A DNA stretch of 64,000 nt from a virus. Its lineage: Duplodnaviria; Heunggongvirae; Uroviricota; Caudoviricetes. Positions within the stretch are counted from its first letter, which is position 1, and every line of letters begins with the position of its first letter. Below are positions 30,868 to 40,441 of this stretch, in pieces. The translations under genes and the position numbers were made by a program. Location: the IMG/VR virus record IMGVR_UViG_2850773344_000009. One strand, given 5' to 3'. The notes under the pieces were generated by a model, which was not told the DNA's origin, ran no database searches, and saw only the letters and a list, made by a program, of their open reading frames with translations.

Positions 30868-32234
30868 TGCACTGGCACCTTCAGAGGGATCACCGGCACA
30901 AAGCCGGGATGCGTAATGGCATTACGCCGGATAATGTCCGCGTCACGCGCCGCGTTATCAAACCAGGTCGCCGCCAGCACCAGCGCGGGTAAAACCTCAT
31001 CCGGTGTGCGCTGAATGATCCGTGCAGACTGTTCAAGGCGCGTGTTGATATCCGCATTCAGATCTGCTTTCACCCGGCGCAGCGCCAGAAACAGCGCATC
31101 GCTGGTTGTACGGGACAACTCCTTATCAATTGCCGTATTCAGTGTGTCGCGAATGTCAGTCAGTTCTTCCCACGTCGGCAGGTCAACCGTGTTTTTCACC
31201 GCCGGTGCATTGTTCAGTGCCGGATGCGTGACGGAAGGCCAGCCAGTGCTCTGCGCGGGTGTTGTTGCCTGCCCCACTGCGGCATTCTGCATCACCGCGG
31301 AAGTTGTTGGCGCAGGCAATCGGGTGACGGCATACGCCGCTTCGCTGATTGCGGTCGTACGAAGGGTGCTGGCAACCATGTTACGCTGCTGCGTCGCCGT
31401 GGCGGTGGTTTTACTGTCCGTTTTCCAGACGCCGCGCGGTTGCAGATCGCTGCCGAGGCTGACACCGGAAAGCGTTTTGATCATGGTGACCAGGTCGCTG
31501 GCGTTACCATAAAGGCGTTTCCCGGTACGCCACATTTTCTGCACCTGCTCAACGAAATTTTTGCCTGACGATGGCGGCGGCAGAAGTACCGAGATATCCC
31601 CCTGCAACAGCCTGGCGGCATCCGATACGGCAGAATCCACCACTTTCATCGCATCAGAAACATACCCAAGCATTGTGCTGGCATTACCGACGACGTCGTT
31701 CTGCACAAAATCTGCCACGCCATCGATACTGAAACCACTGAAGCTATCACTGATGCAGTCATCCAGTGCAGAACAGGATGACATCAGCGTCTGCGCCGTC
31801 GCCGCACCTGAAGTGGGGTAAGAGAGTTCTCCCGCTTCGACAAACTTCAGGTCAAAGCGGACAATACGCCCTTCACTCTTCGATGTGCTGACCCGAACTT
31901 CCCCGTCAACACAGACTTTCAGCTCACCATAAGTCGGATGGACAAGCGTGCCAGGACCGGGTTTATTCAGCGCGTCAATCAGGCGATCGCGCTGGTCAAA
32001 GCAGTCATCTCCCACCACATAAGCTGTGATGGACGGGCGAAAAGTGATTTTCCCCAGGTCTTCGGTATAGGGTTTGTCGCGGTTCGGGTATTCGTGCGTT
32101 TCCACACGGCGACCGGTTCCCGCACTTTCTTCTTCAACCTTAAACGGCACACCGCGAAATGACGCGTCCTGAAGTCTGTCTTTCCACGTCATATAAACTC
32201 CGTACATAAAAAATCCCACCGGAGTGGGACTCAT
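30864..32234 (-). CDS. DNA circularisation protein-like tail protein (Mu gp43-like)
   Basis: 456-aa ORF downstream of the tape measure; start may be an internal Met. Confidence 0.5.
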   Translation of the reverse strand: MSPTPVGFFMYGVYMTWKDRLQDASFRGVPFKVEEESAGTGRRVETHEYPNRDKPYTEDLGKITFRPSITAYVVGDDCFDQRDRLIDALNKPGPGTLVHPTYGELKVCVDGEVRVSTSKSEGRIVRFDLKFVEAGELSYPTSGAATAQTLMSSCSALDDCISDSFSGFSIDGVADFVQNDVVGNASTMLGYVSDAMKVVDSAVSDAARLLQGDISVLLPPPSSGKNFVEQVQKMWRTGKRLYGNASDLVTMIKTLSGVSLGSDLQPRGVWKTDSKTTATATQQRNMVASTLRTTAISEAAYAVTRLPAPTTSAVMQNAAVGQATTPAQSTGWPSVTHPALNNAPAVKNTVDLPTWEELTDIRDTLNTAIDKELSRTTSDALFLALRRVKADLNADINTRLEQSARIIQRTPDEVLPALVLAATWFDNAARDADIIRRNAITHPGFVPVIPLKVPVQ

Positions 32235-32252
32235 TAACAGATTAATTTTTCA

Positions 32253-34088
32253 TTACCTGCCAAAGCGCGTATAGCCAACATCATGGCTGACATCAAAACC
32301 GCTGGATCGCGTTTCCATAACCCGCATACCCGGAGGCGAATTCACAAAAGAGACCTTGATCTCACCATCAACTTTTGGCGCAGAAGCTTTGTTAATCATG
32401 AAGGGATTCGGGCCTGTGGCATCGGAGGCGTTGTTTGACTGAGCCGGATCTACCGCCTGATAAGGTGTGTATCCCCGTGCCGGTATTCCCGTCCCATAAG
32501 CATCATAAGCACCCGCGCCCCACTGCGCCGAGTTAATGGCATCGACCGTGTCACCGGAACTATCGGTAAACCATTCAATAATCGGCTTCAGCTTATCCCA
32601 CATATCCTGAAACCACTTAACAACCGGTCCCCAGTTATTGATCACCATCCCCAGCGGCGACCAGGCAAAAACCTTCTTCAGAAGTTCCCAGCCAGCCTCA
32701 AAATAAGGACTAATGGTTTCCCAGAGTTTCTTAAAATAAGGTCCGACAACATCCCAGTTAGTGATAATTAATCCCGCAGCCAGGGCAATCGCCGTCGCAA
32801 TCATGCCAATCGGCGTCATCGACATGATCCTGCTGACGATACTGATGGCACTGCCCACGCCCATCAATCCCAGTTTCAGAATCGCAAGACCGGCAGCAAG
32901 CCCGACGACACCGCGAATAACCCGGGGATTTTCATCCGCAAACTTCGTGAATTTTTCCCCTAACTCCCCCAGCCATTGCGTGATATTTTTGGCGTCACCA
33001 GAAAATGCGCCGCCAATAGCCGCAAGGCCGTTAGTTGCGGTCCCCGTCATTGCCTCCCACAGGTTGGACAGCGTACCAAGCTGGGCCTGAACACGTTTAT
33101 TCAGACTGGCCTGTTTATTCATCTTCTGCTGGATCTGATCGTAACCATCCTTTCCTTTATCGATCAGAGCATTTACCACCTGAAGGGTTTCGGCATCATC
33201 ACCAAATATTGCCTTAAGTACACCTGTTCGCTTAACGTCGGTCAGTTTTCGCAGCTTTGCCAGTTGTTTAAACATGTTATCAAGACCGCCAAAACTCCCT
33301 TTGCCGTCAGTAAAATCGAGCTGTACCCCGAGTTTCTGGCGGGCCATAACTTTATTGACGTCCCTGATTTTCTTAACGCTTAATCCGGACTGGATAACTT
33401 TTCGCAGGGCATTACCTGCCGACTCCCCGTTCATCCCCATCTGATCCATCATGACGCTGATGGGGGCAAGGCTCTGTGCAGCCTGAAGACCGTCCTTGTT
33501 CACCATCTTCAGAACAGAACTGGTTTTAGTGAAGAAGGACAACATGTTGGTATCGTCAACGCCCAGATAAAACGCCTTCTGGATAGTGTCGAACAGCCCC
33601 ATCATGTCTTCTGACGCCGTTCCGGTAGCATCCTGCATCTTTGCAGCAAACTCAGCAGCCGCTTCCGGTGTTTTTTTCAGTTGTACCGCAAGATAAGCTG
33701 TCGCTTTACCCACACCGCCAAGAATGTTTTCTGCCTGGATCCCCTGACGCACCAGCATCTGCATCATGTTCTGGAAATCAGCCGTTGTACCGGGTAGCTG
33801 GTTACCCAGGCCAATAGCCAGTTTATTGATGTCCTGAAAGCTCTTTCCAACCTCGCCGTTCGCATCCATCATGGCGACTTTCAGCCCGGTGGCGGCGTTT
33901 TCCTGATCGGCATAAGATTTCAGGGAAAGCGTCAGACCCGCAGCCAGTCCGCCACCAAGCGCCAGCCCACCCTGTGACGCTTCTTCCGCCTGGCGTTTAA
34001 ATCCCCGGATTTTCTTTTGCATTTTCGACAGCGCGGGAGAAAGCCTGTCGACACCGGTGATCAACGCCTTAAGCTCAAATTCAGCCAT
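32253..34088 (-). CDS. Tail tape measure protein
   Basis: 611-aa ORF with Gly/Ala-rich TM segments and long helical regions, downstream of the chaperone pair. Confidence 0.8.
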   Translation of the reverse strand: MAEFELKALITGVDRLSPALSKMQKKIRGFKRQAEEASQGGLALGGGLAAGLTLSLKSYADQENAATGLKVAMMDANGEVGKSFQDINKLAIGLGNQLPGTTADFQNMMQMLVRQGIQAENILGGVGKATAYLAVQLKKTPEAAAEFAAKMQDATGTASEDMMGLFDTIQKAFYLGVDDTNMLSFFTKTSSVLKMVNKDGLQAAQSLAPISVMMDQMGMNGESAGNALRKVIQSGLSVKKIRDVNKVMARQKLGVQLDFTDGKGSFGGLDNMFKQLAKLRKLTDVKRTGVLKAIFGDDAETLQVVNALIDKGKDGYDQIQQKMNKQASLNKRVQAQLGTLSNLWEAMTGTATNGLAAIGGAFSGDAKNITQWLGELGEKFTKFADENPRVIRGVVGLAAGLAILKLGLMGVGSAISIVSRIMSMTPIGMIATAIALAAGLIITNWDVVGPYFKKLWETISPYFEAGWELLKKVFAWSPLGMVINNWGPVVKWFQDMWDKLKPIIEWFTDSSGDTVDAINSAQWGAGAYDAYGTGIPARGYTPYQAVDPAQSNNASDATGPNPFMINKASAPKVDGEIKVSFVNSPPGMRVMETRSSGFDVSHDVGYTRFGR

Positions 34089-34263
34089 GTGTGCGTTTCT
34101 CCTGCTCTATCCTGTTTGCCTGACTGACCAGTAAGGGAATTTCACTGATCGGCATATTCAGCAATTCGAAAGGATTAATGCGCCAGTAGCTGGCGCAGTC
34201 AAAGAAGCGATCAGTGAGGTATTCAGCCGTCAGGCCTGGAGGAAAAAACCAGCCACAAGCCAC
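34081..34263 (-). CDS. Tail assembly chaperone frameshift extension (downstream overlapping frame)
   Basis: 60-aa ORF overlapping the 3' end of the chaperone in another frame, the usual arrangement for programmed frameshifting upstream of the tape measure. Confidence 0.45.
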   Translation of the reverse strand: MACGWFFPPGLTAEYLTDRFFDCASYWRINPFELLNMPISEIPLLVSQANRIEQEKRTHG

Positions 34264-34499
34264 GCCGCTGCATTCAGGTCTGCCGGAGACATCTGGTCGA
34301 CAGAGCTTTGCGGCACTTTCGCCAGCCGCACAATGTATTTCGACACCACATGCGCCAGAAGTCTGACTGACTCATCCTGATTCATCTGGTAGGGATACCC
34401 CAGCTCGCGGACATCCTTCCCGGTGGGCTCATCAAACTCCAGTACGGAGAGTGTCTCGCCATGAGCAGTAATCGGTTTCTTTAACTCAAGCTCTTTCAT
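34230..34499 (-). CDS. Tail assembly chaperone (upstream frame)
   Basis: 89-aa ORF between tube and tape measure. Confidence 0.6.
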   Translation of the reverse strand: MKELELKKPITAHGETLSVLEFDEPTGKDVRELGYPYQMNQDESVRLLAHVVSKYIVRLAKVPQSSVDQMSPADLNAAAWLVAGFFLQA

Positions 34500-34855
34500 T
34501 ACTGGTAATCCCCTTCTTCACCGTGGAACTCAAGATCAACCGTGCCTTCTTCGGCATTATGGTTCGCTTCGCCGTGCAGCCAGGCAGACGACAGTACATA
34601 GACCTGACCGTTCGCCAACTCGGCAGTGATTGTCATCTCATCAGACGAGGTGATTTTGTTCACCGGAAAATTCTTCGGCACCTTGAAGGTCCCTTTGACA
34701 TAAGGCGCACGGTGAGTTTCCTTGCGGTCCACTGAACCGTCCAGGCCGATGATGTCATCATTGACCGTCCTGTTCATGGGCACCTCAATGCCGCCGGTCA
34801 GCGATAGCTGCTGACCGTCAATTTTGAAATAACAGGTTCCCCCGATACGGGCCAT
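34499..34855 (-). CDS. Tail tube protein
   Basis: 118-aa ORF directly downstream of the sheath gene. Confidence 0.7.
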   Translation of the reverse strand: MARIGGTCYFKIDGQQLSLTGGIEVPMNRTVNDDIIGLDGSVDRKETHRAPYVKGTFKVPKNFPVNKITSSDEMTITAELANGQVYVLSSAWLHGEANHNAEEGTVDLEFHGEEGDYQ

Positions 34856-36351
34856 TATGCAGACTCCTCTGAATACTGAAGACGGAACTGATTAACCACG
34901 GCAAAGACACGCAGCTGGTTAACATAGTCAGGCGGGAACAGCGTGTTAAGGCGGTTCGGATCGCTGGCATCACGCTCCACAACCAGGTACTGCTTAAACA
35001 GTTCGTAGTTTTCCACGATCCCCGCACGCTCAAGCTGACGGTAGGTTGCCAGCAGTTCCCCTTTGATCACCGCCGGGGTGACAATCGCCTGACCGGGACC
35101 AAAGCGGGTACCGTCACTGGCAAGCTTGTGACGCCCGTACTTACTGGTAATGACGGATTTCAGTTTGCGCAGTACATACGCGCTGGTATGCAGCGTCTCA
35201 CTGTCGAGGTAACTGTTATCCGCAACCCCGTAAGCATTTTTCCTGTACGTGGTGACATCACGCTGAATGCGCAGCACCCCGCTTTCGACATACGCCGTTG
35301 CCACGCCATGAGACAGCAGGGTCTGCTGCTCGGTCATCGTGAACCGTTTCCCCTTCGGCGCAGGCAGCATACCCACCAGCTCACCGGTCTGCGTGGGACG
35401 TGCCGGATCGTTGCGGATAAACACCGCTGCGCGGGCGGTACGGCTTGCCGCCAGCTCGTCGGCAGGCGTCTGGGTCTCTTTTTCGTACCCCGCCAGGGTG
35501 ATGTGCTGCTGGTTAAACTGGTCACCTGCGTTCACCAGTTCTGACAGTGTGCCGGTCTTTGCCGTATACACATGACCATACAGCTGACGCGCATAGCTCC
35601 AGCGACCGCTGGTATCGTTCATCTCGGTCACCAGCGTGTTAACGGAGGCCGTGTCGTTGAACGGCAGACCGATATAATCAAACGGCTCATCCGCCATTGC
35701 AGCCACCGCGCCGGTGAGAACCGGAGCGCCCGTTCCGGCGGTCCCCGTCGCCACGGCAATCTGTACGCCCGCTGGCAGCACTTCGCCCCCACCGAAGCCG
35801 TAGTAATTGAGGCTGACAGGAATTTCATTCCCGCAAAGCCCCTTATGACGCGCGGTCAGCGTGACAACACCAGCCGAAGATGAAGCTGTAAACGGCAGAG
35901 TCGGAACGGCATTGATGGCATCTTTGATACTGCTGGCAATCGTCGTGACGTTATCGCCGTTGGTCACCGGAGCCTGCACGCGGGTACGTCCCACATAGAC
36001 ATTCACCGTGCCGCTTTCGGTTGCTTCCCCGGTCACCGTCAGCGTAACCGTTGCCGCCGCGCCTGTGGCTTCCGGAACGGCAATCACATACAGCTCACCA
36101 AACGGGTCGGTCTGGCGATAAGCCTCGACCATACGCGCCAGCTGACTTCCCGCACCACAAATCTGGCGTGCATAGTCTGCCGACGGCATCAGCACCAGAC
36201 TGTTGGCAACAATCTCTGCACCGTTATTGGCATGACCAATCAGCAGCGATGCTCCGCTGTCCTGTGCAGTATTCGCAGCCTGGTTATCCATTTCCGCATA
36301 AAACAGCGGAACCAGCGTATTCGACGGAATGGTGTTAAAGCTTATCGTCAT
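34855..36351 (-). CDS. Contractile tail sheath protein
   Basis: 498-aa ORF preceding the tube; Mu L-like. Confidence 0.8.
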   Translation of the reverse strand: MTISFNTIPSNTLVPLFYAEMDNQAANTAQDSGASLLIGHANNGAEIVANSLVLMPSADYARQICGAGSQLARMVEAYRQTDPFGELYVIAVPEATGAAATVTLTVTGEATESGTVNVYVGRTRVQAPVTNGDNVTTIASSIKDAINAVPTLPFTASSSAGVVTLTARHKGLCGNEIPVSLNYYGFGGGEVLPAGVQIAVATGTAGTGAPVLTGAVAAMADEPFDYIGLPFNDTASVNTLVTEMNDTSGRWSYARQLYGHVYTAKTGTLSELVNAGDQFNQQHITLAGYEKETQTPADELAASRTARAAVFIRNDPARPTQTGELVGMLPAPKGKRFTMTEQQTLLSHGVATAYVESGVLRIQRDVTTYRKNAYGVADNSYLDSETLHTSAYVLRKLKSVITSKYGRHKLASDGTRFGPGQAIVTPAVIKGELLATYRQLERAGIVENYELFKQYLVVERDASDPNRLNTLFPPDYVNQLRVFAVVNQFRLQYSEESA

Positions 36352-36505
36352 CGGTGTTCACCTTTTTATTCACGCGCCGGATATCACCCGCTGCTTCACG
36401 GCGCAGCCAGTAGTTGTTCTCATCAACATTTCGCCCTTCGGCGGGCAAAAGGTCGCCGCGGGCAGGGTCAGGCACTGACCGCCCTTTAACAGGTTTGACA
36501 AACAT
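36335..36505 (-). CDS. Small protein upstream of the sheath gene (DUF2635-like)
   Basis: 56-aa ORF by hand translation (MFVKPVKGRSVPDPARGDLLPAEG...), overlapping the sheath start. Confidence 0.4.
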   Translation of the reverse strand: MFVKPVKGRSVPDPARGDLLPAEGRNVDENNYWLRREAAGDIRRVNKKVNTDDDKL

Positions 36506-36513
36506 GAGGATCC

Positions 36514-37074
36514 TCAGGAAGGAAGGGTTATTTCGGTGTGATGTTCTATATCGCCGTCAGGCCCGTTACCGGGCTCGAGATAATCAACATCAATCGCCAG
36601 CGTTTGCAGTTCATCCAGACTGTTCAGATCATCCTGCTGGCGGGTATCGTCTTCAGTCAGCTCGCTGATGACCGAAAAATCGAACTGATAAATCAGCTCA
36701 TGACGATTCAGATCCAGCAGCGTGCCGCCGTCATAGGTAATCGGGTTACCGCACGCCTCCGGGTTCCAGCCCAGCAGAGCCTTAAAGAGCATCTGCCGGA
36801 CATCGTCCACCACATCATACGAGGCAAACTGACCGCGCTCATCACGCCCGTTACTCAGTATGACAACCACGGAGAAACCCTCTTTCAGCTCCTGCCAGTA
36901 GTCGGTCTGGCTTTTGTTTTCTCCCGGAGAATCATCACCCGGTACAACATATGCCGCCGGGAGTTTCAGCTTTCCGACCTCCGGCAGATTTTTGAACTGG
37001 GCCGCGCCTGCAACCCGGTTTTCAAAATACGGACAGCGGGCACGCAGTGCAGCAATAACAGGCGTCAGTTTCAT
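36514..37074 (-). CDS. Virion protein, Mu gp37-like
   Basis: 186-aa ORF in the head-tail joining region. Confidence 0.45.
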   Translation of the reverse strand: MKLTPVIAALRARCPYFENRVAGAAQFKNLPEVGKLKLPAAYVVPGDDSPGENKSQTDYWQELKEGFSVVVILSNGRDERGQFASYDVVDDVRQMLFKALLGWNPEACGNPITYDGGTLLDLNRHELIYQFDFSVISELTEDDTRQQDDLNSLDELQTLAIDVDYLEPGNGPDGDIEHHTEITLPS

Positions 37075-37577
37075 CTGTGTCGTCGCTCCGGCTTCAGTGA
37101 TTTACGCAATTCCCGCGCCAGAAAATAGCGTGTCCAGCTGCGGTTCTTTTCAAGCGTTTCCACCATGAAGTTATTACGTGGAGCCAGTCGCCAGCCGCTG
37201 CCACCGGATGCACCACGATGATGGCTGCGACGACGCTTTGCCCCTCGCCTCACGCCATAGAACAAAAAAGCCGGATAAAAATCACCGGTGATACGGCGGT
37301 TTCCCTCTCCATTACGCTGGTTAGGGGCTATACGTGCCATAAAACCAGGGCGATGTTTACTGGCTCTGGGTACCATGTAACCAATCGAACGAGCCAGGCG
37401 TCCGGTCTGATAACCGGGGTTTTCACCCGGTGCCGACCGCGCACGGCGCATCACCAGCCGACGGGCATCACGCATATGACGCTGACCAATCGTGACAAAC
37501 GCCCGCCGGACACGGGCGCGGTTAAAGCGCATCTCCGCGGGCTGCTGAAAATCAACGTGCAAAAAGGAAGTCGCCAT
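37071..37577 (-). CDS. Virion morphogenesis / tail completion protein (Arg-rich)
   Basis: 168-aa basic ORF. Confidence 0.45.
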   Translation of the reverse strand: MATSFLHVDFQQPAEMRFNRARVRRAFVTIGQRHMRDARRLVMRRARSAPGENPGYQTGRLARSIGYMVPRASKHRPGFMARIAPNQRNGEGNRRITGDFYPAFLFYGVRRGAKRRRSHHRGASGGSGWRLAPRNNFMVETLEKNRSWTRYFLARELRKSLKPERRHR

Positions 37578-37962
37578 TGCTGCCTCCGTGACTCTGCGTA
37601 AATTCGCCCAGCTCCGTACACTCCAGCAGCAGAAAGCGCCGCGCCCCGTTCAGATCGCGCTGACGTTTCACCCGGTACACACTGTCACCGCAGACCACCT
37701 CATAATCAGCGGTGATCCCCCTGCGGTAACGAATGGTGATGTAATGGGTGATGGCGTCCCCGGTCTGCGCGGTTTCCTGCCAGGTGGTGGCACTGGTCTG
37801 GATAACCTTCGCCCATGTCCGGAACGTAACCGGATATTGAGGCTCCACGCCAAAGTTATCCGCGGGCATATCCACCCGCTGGCGGATCAGGACGCGTTTA
37901 TTCAGTTCGCCGGGGTCCGGCAGAATGTAGGTTGCGCTGGTCTGCGCCTGACGAATTTTCAT
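37552..37962 (-). CDS. Head closure / head-tail adaptor protein
   Basis: 136-aa ORF downstream of the connector protein. Confidence 0.5.
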   Translation of the reverse strand: MKIRQAQTSATYILPDPGELNKRVLIRQRVDMPADNFGVEPQYPVTFRTWAKVIQTSATTWQETAQTGDAITHYITIRYRRGITADYEVVCGDSVYRVKRQRDLNGARRFLLLECTELGEFTQSHGGSNGDFLFAR

Positions 37963-38282
37963 TGCGGAAAGTACCTGTACGGGCCAACAAGCCAGCCAAA
38001 ACTCTGCGGCATGTCGAGTTTCTCCACTTCCGTAACCGACGAGCGGTTTTCGTAAAAATGGCTGATAAGCATCAGCATCCCCAGACGAATATCATCCGGC
38101 AGGTGTAGCCCGTCCGGGTCGCTGTCCGGAATGGTTTCATCCGGTGCATAGAGCTTCCGGTTCAGATACGTTTCCGTCCGCTTTTGCGCCGCACAGGCCA
38201 GCAGTTGCAGATGGCGGTCATCAACATCGAAATCCTCATCCAGCCGGAGTTGGGCTTTAATCTCTTCCATTGTCAGAAGCAT
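37959..38282 (-). CDS. Head-tail connector protein (gp6-like)
   Basis: 107-aa ORF after the capsid gene. Confidence 0.55.
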   Translation of the reverse strand: MLLTMEEIKAQLRLDEDFDVDDRHLQLLACAAQKRTETYLNRKLYAPDETIPDSDPDGLHLPDDIRLGMLMLISHFYENRSSVTEVEKLDMPQSFGWLVGPYRYFPQ

Positions 38283-38284
38283 AC

Positions 38285-38485
38285 TCAGCCCTCTTTACTG
38301 GTCGTGGCTTTTTTCTCTTTTGCCGCTTTACTGCTTTTTGCACTGATTCCGCGCTCTGCTAACCCGGCCTGAAGTGCAATCTCCTGCACCCGGGCAGGAA
38401 GCGCCCCGTCGTCATACTCACCGGCCCGAATGACCTCAACACGCATACCGTCCGGTGACCATTTCAGATCTTGTTTCAGGATCAT
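38285..38485 (-). CDS. Small head-associated protein
   Basis: 66-aa ORF immediately after the major capsid gene. Confidence 0.35.
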   Translation of the reverse strand: MILKQDLKWSPDGMRVEVIRAGEYDDGALPARVQEIALQAGLAERGISAKSSKAAKEKKATTSKEG

Positions 38486-38534
38486 GATTCTTCACCCGTC
38501 AGAACAGGGGGCGCGGTTCCGCGCCCCTGAATGA

Positions 38535-39740
38535 TTACGCCGCTGCAATCTTCAGCAGTTTGATGGCCTGCGAATCGACCAGCATCCCGCCGGTGCGCTT
38601 GGTGGTATAAAAACCGACAAACGGTTTATTGGTGTACGGATCACGCAGAATGCGGGTGCCGATACGGTCAACGATGGTGTAACCCCGTTTGAAGTTACCA
38701 AATGCAATGGCTTTCGCATCAGCGGCGATATCCGGCATCTGTTCGTTTTCAGCGATACCGTAACCCGCCAGAGAGGACGGCTGCCCCAGTTCCAGCCCCG
38801 GACGCCACAGATAGTTACCCTCGGTGTCTTTCAGCAGACGGATGGCAAACAGGCTGTTGTTGTTCATCATGAACTTCGCGCCAGTGCGGTGTGCCTTTCG
38901 CAGCGTGTAAATCAGTTTGATAATGGCGTCTGCGGTCACCGCAGTCGCGTCGCCGGATACAATATGCTGAAGTTTGCCGAACGCCCGGACCTTGTCGGTT
39001 TCATCCGTGGATTCATACGCCAGGAACCCTTTCGGCTTCTTGGTACCATCGCCGGTGGTAAAGGCTATTTCTTCCTGTTCGGCAAATTCGGTTGCCAGCT
39101 CGCTGTTGATCCAGGCCTCCACGTTGAAAAAGGCATCATCCAGCATTTTCTGGGTGGCCTGCGGGTTACCGTAGATTTCCCCCATGAAAGGTTCAATCAG
39201 CCCCAGTTTTGAGGTGGCAGTCTGGGAACGCGCGTCAGTCTCGCCAACCCATCCGGAAGCCGTGCCGCCCAGATTCACCAGTTTTTTGTAGTCGGAACCG
39301 CCAACGGTGATCACCGTGGCTTCCTGGCGCATCACCACTTCATCTTTCAGCAGGGTCAGAATGTTGCGATCCAGCGCTTCCGGCACGGCGTAGCCACCGT
39401 CTTCATCGGTGCCCACCTGTAATGCCTTGCGCTCCAGATCGCGCAGACCATCTTCACGGCCTTTACGCAGGAAGCCCACAAACGCTTCTTTATGCTCGGT
39501 GGCCAGTTTATTTTGCGCACCACCTGCCGGACGTTTCAGCTCAAGCAGCTCTTTTTCAAGATCGCTTTTGAGGTTTTCCAGCTCGCTGAGTTTCCCGTTC
39601 AGGGTTTCCACCTGCCCGGCAAGTTTGCCTTTTTCCTGCTCAATCGCATCCACGCGCTTGTCGTTCTTTGCTTTGAAGTCGTCAAACTTCTGCTGCAGCT
39701 CCTGCGCGACCTGTTCGACATCTTTAATATCAACCGCCAT
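38535..39740 (-). CDS. Major capsid protein, HK97 family
   Basis: 401-aa ORF following the prohead protease. Confidence 0.8.
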   Translation of the reverse strand: MAVDIKDVEQVAQELQQKFDDFKAKNDKRVDAIEQEKGKLAGQVETLNGKLSELENLKSDLEKELLELKRPAGGAQNKLATEHKEAFVGFLRKGREDGLRDLERKALQVGTDEDGGYAVPEALDRNILTLLKDEVVMRQEATVITVGGSDYKKLVNLGGTASGWVGETDARSQTATSKLGLIEPFMGEIYGNPQATQKMLDDAFFNVEAWINSELATEFAEQEEIAFTTGDGTKKPKGFLAYESTDETDKVRAFGKLQHIVSGDATAVTADAIIKLIYTLRKAHRTGAKFMMNNNSLFAIRLLKDTEGNYLWRPGLELGQPSSLAGYGIAENEQMPDIAADAKAIAFGNFKRGYTIVDRIGTRILRDPYTNKPFVGFYTTKRTGGMLVDSQAIKLLKIAAA

Positions 39741-39754
39741 CGTATTTCTCCTGA

Positions 39755-40441
39755 TTAGAAGTTCAGATTTTTCAGTGCATCCAGTGCAGAGCCCACATCC
39801 TCAGCGTCGCGCAGGGACAGTGCGCCATAGCCCCCGGCCATGAATGCTTTGGCCTGGGTACGGGAGAGTCCGACATCACGCAGGACTCTTTCGATTTTTT
39901 TCTGTTCGGGGATTTCCCCGCGGGCCAGTGCGTTCTTGACGTCGCTGATCCGCGCCTCGTCGTTAGACGGGAACGTCACCAGGCTGACTTCCCAGAGGTC
40001 GATTTCTTTCAGCAGAAAGGCTTCTTTCGTCCGGTCGTATTCCCAGTCCTTCAGGACGTACCCAATAGAAAGGCCGGTTAACGAACCGGCCTTCATGTGT
40101 GCATGTGCGCGTTTTGCCAGGGGATCATCATCAATGAGCAACCGCCCCCTGACGTAAAGCCCGACATCGTCTTCCTTCATTTCGGTGTAAACACCGATGG
40201 GTTCATCCATGCGGTGCTGCCAGAGCAGCGCAGGTAACGCTTTTCGGTCACTCCACGCCCGCAGGGAAGCAGCAAATGCCCCGGACATCACCACATCATC
40301 GTGGCTGTCCTTTACACCAAAGACGGAGCCATACCCTTCAAACTCACCGGAGTCACTGACAGATTTCAGACTCAGCGGTACATCAAGACGTTGTTTCGTC
40401 TGCATTGGCGTTATCCTTCTGCTTACCGGCTTTACTGCCAT
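39755..40441 (-). CDS. Prohead protease, HK97 family
   Basis: 228-aa ORF between portal and capsid. Confidence 0.75.
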   Translation of the reverse strand: MAVKPVSRRITPMQTKQRLDVPLSLKSVSDSGEFEGYGSVFGVKDSHDDVVMSGAFAASLRAWSDRKALPALLWQHRMDEPIGVYTEMKEDDVGLYVRGRLLIDDDPLAKRAHAHMKAGSLTGLSIGYVLKDWEYDRTKEAFLLKEIDLWEVSLVTFPSNDEARISDVKNALARGEIPEQKKIERVLRDVGLSRTQAKAFMAGGYGALSLRDAEDVGSALDALKNLNF

